NCBI RefSeq assembly: GCF_009834535.1
Contig: NC_045696.1
Span: 66,156,001 to 66,220,000, forward strand
Length of the DNA stretch: 64,000 nucleotides
Reading direction: 5' to 3'
Source: Camelus ferus
Lineage: Eukaryota
The notes under the pieces were generated by a model. It saw nothing but the letters and a program-made list of their open reading frames with translations, was not told the DNA's origin and did no database searches. Both the position numbers and the translations under genes were made by a program. Positions 1 through 13,339 of this stretch are shown here, in pieces. How positions within the stretch are numbered: position 1 is the first letter of the stretch; each line of letters opens with the position of its first letter.

Positions 1-354
1 AATAAATAAGCAAGAAGGAAGAATTGGTTGAGGTTTGCTGTTGTTGGTTAGTTGGCTGGATGGTTGTTTTGTTGATGGTGATAGGTTGGTTGTTTTGGTT
101 TGTATGTAAGGGCACAGTGACACAGAGTGATTAAAGAACTTTAATGTCATTAAACAGCTCATAAAGTGAAACGGTCATAACCTGAACCACTGTCTCTTGA
201 TTCCTGGTAAGCCACATGTTTTCGCTCATTTATTTTACATAGTGTAATTCACTCTCAATAAGCCACAAGGTTATTTCCACCCTCTGCAAATTTTCTAAAA
301 GCAATGATAAAGAAATCAGGAGAGCTTCCCTCCCTTGCAGAAGAAAGCCCCAAA

Positions 355-600
355 GGCAGGCAGTGTGGTATAAAGGAAAGAGCTCTGCTTTTGGAATAAA
401 GACAGCCTTCAAAACTCAGCTCTATCAGGCAAGCCATCATGAGTACTGGTAACTGAAGCCACTCCCTGGCTCTTCACTTCCTAAATTATAAAAAGGGATG
501 TAAGAGTCTCTACACTCCACTCCCATCACAGTGTTTTCTGTGACATTAATAATAATGTGTGTGAAATCTAGCCTTGCACCTGGCACATAGTTAACTGTTT
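355..600 (+). mobile_element. MIR SINE (degenerate)
   Basis: Core-like cttcacttcctaaattataaaaaggg and 3' cctggcacatagtt. Confidence 0.65.
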
Positions 601-637
601 GTTGACTTTGAAATAAAAAAGCTGTATTCTAAAGATC

Positions 638-692
638 TGTGTGTGTGTGTGTGTGTATGTGTGTGTGTGTGAGAAAGGGTGCATGTGTGTGT
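638..692. repeat. (TG)n microsatellite
   Basis: Interrupted TG run seen directly. Confidence 0.9.
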
Positions 693-1269
693 GCATTTGG
701 AGAAGAGAGTTCATTGCTATCATTTTCAATGTGGCCTGTGCAGAAAATAATTTTGATATGGCAGTATTTTAAAATTCATCATATTATATGTGGCACCATT
801 CTAACTGCCTCCCCAACTTGGAATCACAAGTTCCAAATATTTATTTCTACTCTAAAGACAGCTTTCGCAGTTCAGCTTCTTAGCATGCTGCCAACAAAAC
901 ACACCGGAAGAGAAATGTGTGACAAGTTGAAGTTTGCTTTTGGGATTCTTGCAAAGAAGAAGGGTTTTGAGTTTAGTACTGGAAACGTTTATTTCCGTAA
1001 GAAGCAAAAATGGGAATATTGAGTTTTGAGCTTACATTACAGTGATTTTCCTCCTGGAAAAAAAATCTTTGGGAGGGAGGGGGTGGTGGTAAAAAGAATA
1101 AAGATACTTCTTATTTAGAAAATATAGAAATCTATTACTGAGTGAGTCTTTAACAGTTAGCTAAACCCATGCCTCCTTGGATATCAGTTTTTTTTTTCTT
1201 AATTATTATATGCTGGTAGAGTCCATGGGGAATGTATTTGGTAAAAATAACACGCATCTTGGGAACTGG

Positions 1270-1445
1270 GGAGCTAAGAACCAGGTTGAAGTCACAGTTA
1301 TGTTACATATTAGCTGTATGACTTTGGGTAACTCACTTAACCACTGTGATCTTAATTTCCTTATCCAAAAAAAGGAATTATAACAGCTTGACTGCTCCAC
1401 AGTTTGGTAGTGAGAATTTAACTGACATAGAATATGTAAAATGCA
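1270..1445 (+). mobile_element. MIR SINE
   Basis: tagctgtatgactttgggtaactcacttaaccactgtgatcttaatttccttatc matches the MIR core. Confidence 0.75.
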
Positions 1446-2619
1446 AAGGGAACTTTATTTCAGCAAAGGAAACTTTATTATCACCACTATAACTACCATA
1501 TTATGATTATATTATCATGTTATACTTATCTAAGCTTTAATTCCTTAAAAGAAAGCAAATGCTGGCTTTGGATTATTCGCTTGTATCACCACCAGAGATG
1601 GAATGCTGCTCCCACATTCTGGAGTGAAGAAGGAAATCACGGTACTGCTACAGAAAGATTATATTCTCAAGTCAGAATTGTGTGACTTGAAGTCCAGTCA
1701 CTGCCTTTGAGATGCACTGCATGGAACTAAAGCTTTTATGTTGTTATAATTCCTTTTTGAAAATCTGGGGCTTTCCTTGAGAGAAGAGTCCACATGGAGG
1801 AGCCCAGACAACAAGACAAGACTCTTACTAATAGCACAGGCATGTACAGAGCTGTAGGGTTTTCAGGCTATTTCTCCTTTGCTCCTCACATCAGTCTTGC
1901 GATTCCACTAGCATGGGTACCTGAAGCACAGGAAGAGCCCCACAAAAGAATAACGAGTCCACTGTTGTCTACACTATTGCAAGAGGCACGATGCATGAGA
2001 GGTTGGTTGATCCCCAGCATGTGCGTTGATCCCTTTTTTCCTCTCCTCCTGTAGCCCAGAGCCAGTTGCTCCTTTTATTTTTGTCAACAACGCTTCCTTT
2101 TTGTTCCTCTCCCTCCAACTAGGAAGTGTATCACTGACATAGACACAATATACCTTTTCATAAGGAAGGCAAATGAATATGGGCCAGATGGGCTGAGGGC
2201 ATTACAACATGTTTCCTGCTCCCATGGTGACTCAATGGGGCTGGTATGAGAACTTATCTTATTCAAGAAGGCAGCTTCCCCATCAGAATTATGAGTCAGT
2301 TCCTGGGTAGAAAGCTTACTTTCCAGCAGCATTTGTGGGGAGTGGGGGGGGGGGGGGGGAAGGGGGGTAATCCTTGGCTGGATTACAGTAAAGTTCATTC
2401 AGAAAAGCAATGTTACCAGGACAGATGGGGAGGCATCGACACCCACTAACTTGTGAGACTCCACTGAGCTCTAACAAGAGTGACAAGGGCACTTCTCCCT
2501 CTTCCTTCAAGGTGAGGACATAAAACCACAGTGATGAATTACTGGTATAAATCCAAACGAGTTTCATTATAAAACTGGCCAATCTGAGCAACAAAGGATA
2601 TGAAGAGACATTTTTTTCA

Positions 2620-2860
2620 TTCTCTCTCTCTCTCTCTCTCTGTCAATCTTTACTCCAAGTGTCCAAGTATTTGGGTCACAAAAAAAAATGGACAAGTCCC
2701 TGTCCTCAGGTAGCTTAAAAGCAGAGAAATAGGGAGGGATGAAAGAAGGGACAGAGGGAAAGAGAAGAAAGGAAAAAAGGGATAGGACAGGGGGTCAGGG
2801 AGGATAAAGAAGAGGAAGAAGGAGAAAGAGAGGAGGAGGAGGAGAGAAAAGAAAGAGTTA
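2620..2860. repeat. (CT)n run followed by a polypurine GA-rich low-complexity tract
   Basis: ctctct at 2621-2641 and an almost purely purine tract at ~2720-2857. Confidence 0.75.
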
Positions 2861-3010
2861 ATATAAGGTCAAGAAATAAATGAGTGTTATGAAGAAAACT
2901 AAAGCAGGATAGAGGAATAGAGGGTGACTGGCAGGGCTCTTTTAGCTAAGATGGTTAAGAAAGGCCTCTGTAAGCCGATAACATTCAAGCATGGAACTAA
3001 GTCAACTAAG
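2860..3010 (-). mobile_element. L2 LINE fragment
   Basis: gagtgttatgaagaaaactaaagcaggatagagg...atggttaagaaaggcctct resembles antisense L2 3' region. Confidence 0.6.
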
Positions 3011-4413
3011 AACAAATTATAATCAGGGGTTACATTCAGCATATTTTAAAATCAGGGCATCGGGGCGCTGACCAATCAAACGGGACACTCAGTTAAGCGG
3101 GACAGATGCTGGTCCAAACAGCCAGGAGAGCCGTACACCAGTGCATCCCAGCTGAGTATCAGCCCTGCTTGTGATACACCCTTTCCTCCGTGAAGCCTCC
3201 AAGGGCCGCCAAGATGGGACGTTATCTCCCCTTCCCTCAGCTTTGAGCTACTCTGACCCAGTTTTACCTCCTTTAGTGCTATTTTTGGTTTCCAATAAAA
3301 TGCCTTAAGTGGCAGAGTGAAGCTGAAACACACCCAGCAAAGATAATCAGGATGGTGGGAGGGCTCAGATCCACGTCACGTGAAGAAGAGTTGAAGGCAT
3401 ACATTGGAGAACATGGTCATGGTTATGACCACTGTCCTAATGTCTCTGAAGGGCTCTCATACAGAAGAGGAATTAAAGCAAAGATAATCAAAGTATGGTC
3501 CATAGTCTTCAGGAAAATTATCCATGGGAACCTTTTTAAAATAAAGATGCCTGTTTCCTGCATTAAAATTAGAGAATCATTGGATTCAGTATTTTCTATT
3601 TAATCAAGCAGTTGAACCAAAGACATGTATGGATATGACAAAGAGACAAATTTAAGGTATATGTACTAAAAACCTTCTAAGAATTTGATTAGTCCAAAGA
3701 CATAATGGGCTGCAATTAGATGATCACTAGTTAGAGGCACCGAAGAATGGCCCTGAGCAGCACTTCTAGAGACGAGACAAGACCTGCAAAGATGGGCTTT
3801 CAAGTCCCCTGTAACTCTGATTTCATATAATCCGGGTCCATGATAATTGAGTTGGTTATTTAAACTCAATAAAGGGTTTGGCTAGTTCCTTTTATGCTAG
3901 TGAAGCAGTATCCAAAATAAAAACAAGCCTAATGCCAGGTTCTTTCTTTCCCATATAGAAGTGGTATAACAAAAACCCTCCATTATCTATTTGTTCTGAT
4001 GAGGAAGGTATCAAAGCACTGGTACCACCGAGGTACCACTGGCTCTATCACTGGCTTGAGTTTGGAAAACGGAGTTGTGCTACCATCACGGATATTTCTT
4101 TTCCCACAGAACCTGAGTAAAGGAAAGAAACAGGATTCTAGTTGGCTTGGATGTACAAGTGGGAGAAAATTCCGATAACTGAACACACCCACCACTGTGC
4201 CCAGTGCACTGTGTGCCATGACGACTAGCGATGTCAGTGCTACCTCCCACTACCAAAACTCTACGATTCTGTCAAATCTGTGATTCTGTGCTACCACAGA
4301 AGACAGTGGAAATAAACAACATTATGTCCTCTCAACTCCTTTTCAGAAAGAGTTGAGACATCACCCTAGACGCCAACTGCATTTTAATAGATTGTCAAAA
4401 GCCATCCACTTAC

Positions 4414-4477
4414 CTGAGGCATCGCTTTGCAGGATCCCATAGAAACAGAGGCTCATTACACACCACAGAAGTCCCAT
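4414..4477 (-). CDS. IL1RAP: IL1RAP first coding exon (signal peptide, 21 codons + 1 nt); exon spans 4414-4478
   Basis: Minus strand reads tttgcatttatcttgacag|G ATG GGA CTT CTG TGG TGT GTA ATG AGC CTC TGT TTC TAT GGG ATC CTG CAA AGC GAT GCC TCA G|gtaagt, giving MGLLWCVMSLCFYGILQSDAS. This matches the recalled human IL1RAP N-terminus MTLLWCVVSLYFYGILQSDAS-E. Canonical acceptor and phase-1 donor. Confidence 0.96.
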
Positions 4478-4559
4478 CCTGTCAAGATAAATGCAAAGGT
4501 AAGAGAGAGTACGGATTACTCTCAAGTGCTTAAATAATATTAGTGCACATGCATGCTGG

Positions 4560-4780
4560 CTGTTGACTGGGAACCGTTCTAAGAATTTCACAATATTAAA
4601 TTTAATTGCCCTAACCAAGGAGTAAGATAGGCTTTAAAAAAAATTCCCCATATTACAGATTAGAAAACTGAGACAAGGGTAAGTAATATACCCAAGATCC
4701 TTTGCCTGGAAGTGGTACAGTAATAACAATCATATTCCAGGAGCCTAGCTCTAGAGCTACCTCTTAGTCACTCAACTACA
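4560..4780 (-). mobile_element. MIR SINE just upstream of the coding exon acceptor
   Basis: cccatattacagattagaaaactgagacaagggtaagtaatatacccaagatc is the reverse MIR core. Confidence 0.7.
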
Positions 4781-5509
4781 ACTGGCTACTTAAAAACTAT
4801 TCTTTGGATTTTTTGTTCATCAAAGTCGCATTTCTGGAAGATAAGTTTGTTCTTCTTACCCTTCATCACATTCCCTTGGTCTAGTCTCAACTGGAAATAT
4901 TTTATAATCCAGGCACTCTTCCTTCTTAGTGACCAATAGGAAGTCCAGGAATCCTGAATGCAGGCTTGGTTGGCAGTCCACCACACTGTGAATTAACAGC
5001 AAGGGGAAATACACAAGCGTCACACCCCGCTGTGCCCACTCTCCTCTTCTCACTAGACGAGATGAACGATGAGTCCAGTTCCGTGATCTTTAGCCTGGCT
5101 GTTGATAACCAGCTGAAACAGCCAACTAACAAGAGTGGTACCCTTATATCTGGCTGTGTGATCTTTAATGCAGAAGGCCTGGAGATTTAACAACTCTGTG
5201 AAATATTTATTTCCCTACTACTCTATACATATCTGGCCTTTGATAAAACCTCTGTAGGGTTATAAATACTGAAACCTGGACATGACTGAGAAATTTCATA
5301 CTCAACACCCCCACAATCTGTCTTGAACACAACCACCATACAAGGGTGCTTAGAGAGGTCCTGGTAACTTGTCCAGACCATATTTCTAACAAGTGACAGA
5401 GATGGGATTTATATCCGCATCTGGCTAACTAGTAGTCTATTATCCCAAACACATATACTTTCACAACCACAAGGACCCATTATTCTAAAATGTTCAAAGA
5501 GTATTTAAT

Positions 5510-5625
5510 AAATAGGGAGCCCCATTAGTAGCATTTGTAATAGGACGTTTTTAAGAGCACTAAACTGAAACAAAAGGTATAAACTGGTACTGTCCAAGCA
5601 ATCCATAGCGTGTGGTCACTTTAAA
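5510..5625. mobile_element. hAT-Blackjack MITE-like remnant (MER94/MER81-like)
   Basis: ggtataaactggtactgtccaagcaatccatagcgtgtggtcactt resembles the MER94 terminus. Confidence 0.45.
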
Positions 5626-5849
5626 GGACAATGCAAGTTTCCAACACCTGTCATCTCTCTTGACCCCACGTCACCGAAAAGCTCCTGTTCATACTACACT
5701 TCTTCTTTAGCATGATTGTACACAATTCATAGGAGAGTTTATTACCTCTTAAACAATCATTTTATTTCAGAAATGAAATGTCTCTTTCTTAACACCACCA
5801 TTCCCTTCCGATTCTTATACCATTACCTTAGGGAGTTGTTCTCTTGACT

Positions 5850-6620
5850 ATTCATTCATTAATTCAATAAAACTTGCATTCAATGCTTTCTGTTAACAAG
5901 TCATTATGAAATAATTGCAAGGGCCTCTGGCAGCAAGATTTAGGGCCCTCTCTAAAGGCACTTCTCCCAGTAGAGGAGATAAACCAAGTGCAAACCACTT
6001 CAGCACCATCAGCCTTGAACAATACACATGCAGAGGCATTATAGGATATACAGAGATTGATCAGACAGAAGTTCTAGCACCAAACAGAATCTAGCAGAGA
6101 CTTAAAATGTGTACAAGAAATAACTGCAATACAACCTGAAGTGATGAAAATAGTCAAAGAAGACCTGATAAGTGTTATTGAAGATTAGCAAAAGAAAGAG
6201 ATCACTCCGGCTAAGGCAATCAAAGAGGACTGAACACAAGAAAGTAGCTTTTAAATTGAGTAAGAACTGGTTTGGAAATTTAGAATTGAGGCAGAAGGAA
6301 AAGCGTAGGGAAAAGAAAGTAGGTGGAAAATAATGCTCAAAGGTAGGGAAGCATAGAACATAAATAAGAAATAGCCTATAAATAATTCAGTTTGACTCAA
6401 GCACAGGGCATTAGAAAAAGAACCACAGGAGATTTTGCTGGAAAGCAGGGGGGGTTAGGATCAGAATATGGCAAGGCCTTGAACAGTAGGCTAAGGACTT
6501 GGGATTTAATTTAAACAGCAAATAGGGAATTGCTGAAAGCTTCTGGTTAGAAGAATGATATGATCACTGAGTTGTGCCTTATGGAGATCATTCTTCCAGG
6601 CACGTATTGGATGGATTACC
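5850..6620 (-). mobile_element. L2 LINE remnant(s)
   Basis: Starts ttcattcattaattcaataaa (L2 3' tail, antisense); ggccttgaacagtaggctaaggacttgggatttaatt...aagaatgatatgatc is L2-like. Confidence 0.6.
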
Positions 6621-8654
6621 ATTATATTCTGCCTTGAAATCATTTTGGCTCCTGAGTCTGTCATCACAATAATTGTTATCCTCCCCGTTTTGTGTCATCT
6701 TAAATTTGATCAACATGCCACCTATGTCTGCATCCAAGTCATTAATAAAGGTAATTAATAATTCTGTATAATCCTTGTCAACAGAGAGCGACTAGACATT
6801 TAATTACAAATTCAGGGCACAGACATTTCAGCCCCAGTACTCAGCTATGCTAAAGCACTCTAGCCTCCCAAATTGCTTTTGGCTATTAAAAAAAAAAAAA
6901 AAAGCCTCACACCTCTAGATTTTCCCAATTTGCCTGTTTATAAGCTGCTGAATTCCTAAGGCAACACTTAGAAGACATTCTAATTAGTGTGATTGAGAGC
7001 CTTAATTGATAATTCCATGAGTAACTGGATTATGCTGGAGGCAGCAAGGAGTCGGGTCACCAAGGTAAAGCTAATCTAATGATAACTTGTGTACAAACAC
7101 AAGTCTAGGATCAATCTTGCAATGTGATGAATTAGAATAAAGCCGACTGAAAACAAAACGTGATTGTGCAGGCTGGTTTTGACAGACTGAAGGTACCAAT
7201 AATAGTGGCTGGTCTGCAATCTCTCCCAGAAGACTGGTTCATTTAACATTGCCTTGCATTCAGCCTCAGAATTTTACTATTATTACTAGTAATACATTTT
7301 GGTTCTTATTTCTTGCAAGGGGAGGGGCGCTAGGTATTGTCAGAGATGGAGAAACTGTCAGAAGAGCAAAAGAATCTGCCTAATAATGCATGGTTTCTCA
7401 TGGTCTGAATTACAACCTCGTTTTAGATTATTGTGATGGGGTTTAACAGCCCCGCCCTTGCTTCAAATGACTGGAATCTACATATAATAAATTTCCAGTC
7501 AGCCTTACCTGCATTTTCCATTTTATTTACTATATGATCATTGTCACACTTCTCATCTTAGACATTAGTACTTCTCTCATATTTAATGCCAGTTTCCTAG
7601 TATAATGCCTATATCATCTAGCAAGAAGTTTCAAACACATACTTAGTTCTACGTAATCAACATAATGTTAATAATGATTGTTATACACCCAACACTTTAA
7701 CATCTTCCCAGTGTCTGCATTCTCTCGGCTTATTAAAGTTCAAGATTCCCTTACCTCTGAGTCAGCCTTAATCACTAGATTCTTTCACTAGGCCAGCAGC
7801 TAACAGGTTGAAACTAGGTTTGTTGCCCCAAGGCTGGTATTATTTCTGAATCATCATTCGCTCAGCCTGCCTTCAGTACAACAGCATTTCACAAGGCCAC
7901 CAGACTGTTTTCCTCCATCAGTTTCCTAATTCCATGTCCAGCTCCACAATCAGATCACAGTCACTCTTTGAATCCCACCAGCTTGGGTGGGGCTTGACCC
8001 TTCAACCTGATGCATATCAACACTGTGTTCCAGGAGCCTGCATTTTGTCCCCCGTAAGGTTTTGCTCCAAGATAGATAAACTTCCTGCAACCATGAAATT
8101 GTTACCTGTTTCATTCTTGGCTGACAGATAGCCTTTGCTTTGACCTGCCCACTGAAAATCTGGATGTTAACTTGAAGGCACAAACTCTAGATGGTCATCC
8201 CATGCACGGTCAGCCCCACAGCCAGAGCACTTCCTTGAATCCTGATCCCACCTACATACTTCCTTTCCCTTCTCTAACTCATGGATAAAGTCTGAGCAGG
8301 ACTTGCATGTATGCCCACCCAAGATAAAGCAAACAAGCCTTTGAAGGACATAGGAGAAGTTATAAATCATTCCATTTTACAGAAAATGACATAGCACTCA
8401 TTAATAAATCAGTTATTTTCATTATCAAACTTTTATCTAGTTTATAGTCTTTTGAACCATAAAAGGATATTTGTGTGGAATATTTCAGAATCCAATATTT
8501 ACTAATAAACAAAAGTTTCAGCAAAATGACATAGAAGGCTCTGAATCTGGGTGAAATGAAATAAGTAAACTCGACCTTATCTTTCTCTATGAATGTAGCT
8601 AAAAACCTGGACAGATGTATGGAGCAACTTTTTGAGAACCCTAAAAAGAAAACA

Positions 8655-11600
8655 ATAGCACATTCTTTTCAAATATACCCAAGACATTTGCCACGAGAAG
8701 TTATGTCATTCAGTATAAATCAACCTTAACAAATTTAAAAGAATTGAAAGTATATTCTCTAACCATAGAATTAAACTAGTTATCAGTTAAGTAAATAAAT
8801 AACAGGAAAGTCTCCAGACACTTAGAAATTAAGGAATATGCTTCTAAATAATCCAGGGGTCAAAGAGAAAGTCTCAAGGGAAATTAGAAAATATTTTGAA
8901 CTTAATAAAATTGAAAATCCAACATACCAAAAGGTGTGGGATACAGTTAAATCAGTGCTTAGAGGATAGTTTGTTGTACGAAAGGCTTACAATAAAAAGG
9001 ATGAAAGATCTCAAGAAAATAGTCTAATCTTTCACCTTAAGAACCTACAAAAAGAAAACTAAACTAAGCAAGCAAAATGAAGGAAATAATGAAGAGCAGA
9101 GATCAAATTTTAAATCAGAAATACATATATAGATTAAAAAAACAATAAAACCAAAATTAGTTCTTTGAAAAGAACACTAAAATTGCTAAACCTCTAGCTA
9201 GGAGAACTAACAAGGAAAAAAAAACACATATCACTAATATCAGGAATAAAATAGGGCACATCACTACCGATCACACAAGCACTAAAACGCTAGTAAAGGG
9301 ATATTAAAAACTCTAGGCACATAAATTCCACAATTTAGGTGGAATGGATCAATATCTCAAAAACCTCAAATTACCAAGGTTCACCCAAACTTAAACGGAC
9401 AATCTGAATGATCCTATATTATTAAAAGAAATTGTATTTGCAGTTAGAAATCTCAAAAAAAAAAAAAATGCAGATGGTTTCACTGGTCAACTCTACCAAA
9501 TATTTAAATTAATAACATCAGTTCTACATAATTCCTTCCAGAAAAAAGAAGAGGACAAAATAGTTTTCACCTCATTTAATGAGATCAATATTACTCTGAT
9601 TTCAAATCTACCACAGGTAGCACAGGAAAATAAATGTACAGATATCCTACAACCAAGCACAGTTTATCCCAGGAGTTTAAGGCTAATTTCAGTATTTTTA
9701 AAGTCCAAAGAGGAAAAAACAAACAAACAAAAATGATCATATCAATTGACACAGGAAGAGTACTTGACAAAATTCAATACCCACTTGTGACAAAAAAATC
9801 TCAGCAAACTAAAAGTAGAAGGGAACATTCTCAAAGATCATCTACCAAAAACCTAGAGCTAACACCACATCTAATGTTGAAAGACTGAATACTTTTCCAC
9901 TAAGATCATGAGCAAGGCAAGGATATTCATTCTCAGTACTATTCAACATCATTCTAGAAGTCTTACCCAGAGCAATAAGGCTATTCACAGATGACATGAT
10001 TTTCAACATGGAAAATCCTAAGGAATATATATATATATATATCTTTAAATAGAGCTAAATAAGTATGGTTAGCAAGGTTACAGTGCATACAGACAACACA
10101 TAAAAATTAACCATTGCTACTACAGACTAGCAATGAGCAGTGGGAAACAATCTTCTTTTTAAAATATTGGTAACAATAACTAGAAGAGGAAATAAAATGC
10201 CTAGCTAAAAAGCCTAATCAAACGTGTAAAAGCTGTATGCTAAAATTTATAAAACGTTGATAAAGAAGTCAAAGAACCTAAATAAATGGAAATATGTGGT
10301 CGGCAGCGCTAGCCATGCCCTAATCCCTGGAATGCACATTCCCTTACTTGGCAAAGGTAATTCACAAGTGTAATTGAGGTGATGGGCCTTAAAATAGGGA
10401 GATTATACTGGATTATCCAGATGGGCCTCATCTAACCACATGAGTTCGTAAAAGCAGAGAAATTTCTCTGGCTACAGTCAGAGAGATGCAGCAGAAGGAT
10501 GAGTCAAAGAAATGAGGAGCAATAGGCCTTTGATGCTTAAAGATAAATGGAGCATAGCAACATGTCTGGAATGCAGGTGGCCTGAGAGAATTGAGGACAA
10601 CCAGCAGCTGACAATCAGCCAGGAAACAGGAACCTCAAGCCTACAGCCACAGGGCATGAAATTCTGTCAACAACTTTGGAAGAGGGTTCATTCCTTCAGA
10701 AAGGAATGGAAACTTGCTGTTATTCTGATCACTTTGATTTTAGCCCTGTAAGGCCCTAAGCAGAGAATTAACTAAACCACATGGTACCTGGACTTCTGAA
10801 GATTCACAGAAACTCTGATTTAATAAGTGGATGTTGTTTTCAAGCCATTAAGTTTCTGGTTTTCATTACACTGGCAACCGAAAATAATACAATAGACATA
10901 CCATACTCATGGACTGTAAGGCTCCACATAGAAAAGATATCAATTCTTCCTCCAGATTACTTGACAGATTTAAAGAAATTTCAGTCAAAAATCCTAACAA
11001 GGTCTGTTTATAGATATAGACAAGTCGATCCTAAAATTTATATGGAAAGAAAAGTATCTTAAATATTGAAAACCATTTTGAAAAAGAATAAAGTTGTAGG
11101 AATCGCACTACAAATAACCCAGTTTTAAAATGTCAGAAGTCTTAAAGAGACACTTTACCAAAAAGGATATTCAGAAGGCACAGTAACACATGAAAGGATA
11201 CACCTTTCAGAATAACTAAAGCAAGAAATACTGGCAATACCAAGTGTGGAAGAGAATACAGAACAACTGGAACTCTCCGACTGCTGAGACTGCAAAATGA
11301 TACAGCCTCTCTGGAAAATCATTTGCCAGTTTCTTAGTAAGTTAAACACACACAACACAGGATCTAGCAATCCCACTTCTAGCTATTTACCCAGGAGAAA
11401 TGGAAAGTATTCACACAAAAGCCTGTATGTGAATGTGTATAGCAATTCCATTATTAACTGCCAAAAACTAGAAACAATTCAAATGTCCTTCAACAGGGAA
11501 ATCAATAAACAGACCCTGGTATATCCAAAAAAACCCAGACTGCTTGTCAGCAATACACAGCCATGGGCTGTTAGTAACAACTGGGCAAAGGCATTATGCT

Positions 11601-11882
11601 GAGTGAAGAAAAAGCCAGCCTCAGTGGGTTACCCGCCATCCAAATCCATTTAAATAACATTTCCAAAATGTCAAAACTAATGTGACAGAGAATAGACCAA
11701 GGGCTAGAGGTAATATGAGGGTAACTACAAAGGGACAGTACAAGTGAGTCCCCTGGGAGGCAGAACAGTTCTGTGTCGTGATTGGGGCAGTGACTAAATG
11801 AGTCTATCCACGAGTTAAAATTCATAGAGTTGTATTTCCCCCAAATTCATTTCTATTGTATATTAATTTAAAAATATTTTTA
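8655..11882 (+). mobile_element. Old L1M (L1MC/MD-like) LINE, degraded ORF2 plus 3' end, antisense to IL1RAP, split by an MLT1 LTR
   Basis: ORF remnants MIISIDTGRVLDKIQYP, DIPYSWTVRLHIEKISILP and MIQPLWKIICQFL resemble L1 ORF2p segments; A-rich plus strand; many stops and deletions. Confidence 0.92.
10295..10891 (+). mobile_element. MaLR solo LTR (MLT1D/E-like) inserted in L1
   Basis: TG...CA termini (tgtggt...aataca); gggagattatactggattatccagatgggc and gttgttttcaagccattaagtttctgg are MLT1 hallmarks; the L1 reads through on both sides. Confidence 0.88.
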
Positions 11883-13339
11883 AGTGGCATGGTTTTTCTT
11901 TTTACAAAGTTCCACAGATGATTTGTGAACACCTTCAGACAGTTTAAATAAATGAAATCTGTTTTAACCCAAATTTGGTTTCTATTTTCAAATTTCTCTT
12001 TCAAAAGAACACAGTCCCTTCGTCAAGTACGGAATGTTCCAAAAAAGTCTAGCTGTAGAGGCACATGGAGAGATCAATGAAACTGTTCCAACTTGCCGCA
12101 CATCAAGCCGGTGTTGCTAACCTCGATACAACAGCAGAGTCAAAGTTCAGACAACATGTGCACACTTCTCTTAGATATTTCCTTCCCCTTTCTTACTGAA
12201 GAGCTTCAAAGTGTTTGGAACTCTGAGAGGACATGTACAACACAATATACCACCTGCCACCTTTGGAAACTTGGAATAGAATGCGAGCAGATTGATTTCC
12301 TTTTGTTCTTTAATATTTTGAATAGCAAGATGCTCAGCGGGGTGAGTGGGGTGAGGGAGAACTGGAACTAGGTTTTCAGTGAGAAGGAGGTAAAAGTGCA
12401 TTGAACTTGGGGCTCTAAGTTTGACTGGATGATCCCGGACAGCTTGAGTGAAGAGGGGAGATATTCACCGACAACAGAGCTATAGCCTGGTCACCGTCTT
12501 GATGATTAATTTAAAACTGGTGTGATAGGCATTTGTTCAAACTTCTTAATTAGGGCAGGAAGAGTGGCAAGGTACCCTCTCTTCAGTGGGTGGACAATTT
12601 GATGACTAGCTGCTCTGTACTTATGGATACTGAGGCTGGAGTCTTGCAGGGGGTGAAAGATACTCATCAGTTTGTTGGGACGTGTGCACTTGATAATTCC
12701 TGTAGAGTACTCGGCACTGTCCGGGAACATAAACAGCTCTCAGCAAATTCTAATTATCATTTAGTTCTCATTAAATGAGATAATATATGAGAAACACTTC
12801 AGAAATTGTGGAGCAGTACACAAATACGATCTACCATTAATATCACTTACAAACAAGAGCTCAGGTTACTAGGTTCAAATTGACCACTGACCATTGTGCA
12901 AAACTTGCTATGCCCTACTTTTCTCACGTACTAGGTCCAAGTTTAGTGCTCTGTTCCCAAAATATTTCTGAAAAGACAGTCACAGCTGTAAGTCTGGCCT
13001 CTGGAACTTACAGAAAAGCCAAGATTGTTAGGATACACTCCACAAAGCCACTTGAACTTGGAGAAATCATGGTCCAGAAGGTTTCCCTTCTCTAATTCTC
13101 AAATCCCTCATTTTAAAAATGGAAGTAAAAGCCTCTGGGGCAGTTGTACATGAGCCAATGATGTGACACGAGGAAGTCCCAAATTGCAAGGTGCTATGCT
13201 AATATAAATTGTCATGACATTGGGTTTTATTGTGAAGTAAGATGCGCTTTTATTGTTTTGTTTGTTTAGATTTTAAAGATTTGAAGGGGTGGAGATCTTA
13301 AAGTCAAAAAGTTGTCATGTTATGAATTGCTTAATTCAA

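Noticed and set aside
4361..4618. 85-aa ORF as a complete protein
   Set aside because: Only 4414-4477 is coding; the rest is intron read-through on both sides of canonical splice sites.
7500..7760. Strong minus-strand donor-like motifs (CAG|gtaagg ~7509; GAG|gtaagg ~7755)
   Set aside because: No convincing matching acceptor found at exon-like distance; isolated donors are common.
9634..11602. ORFs with reverse-transcriptase-related similarity
   Set aside because: Fragments of a dead L1 ORF2 with frameshifts, deletions and an LTR insertion; not an active element or domesticated gene.
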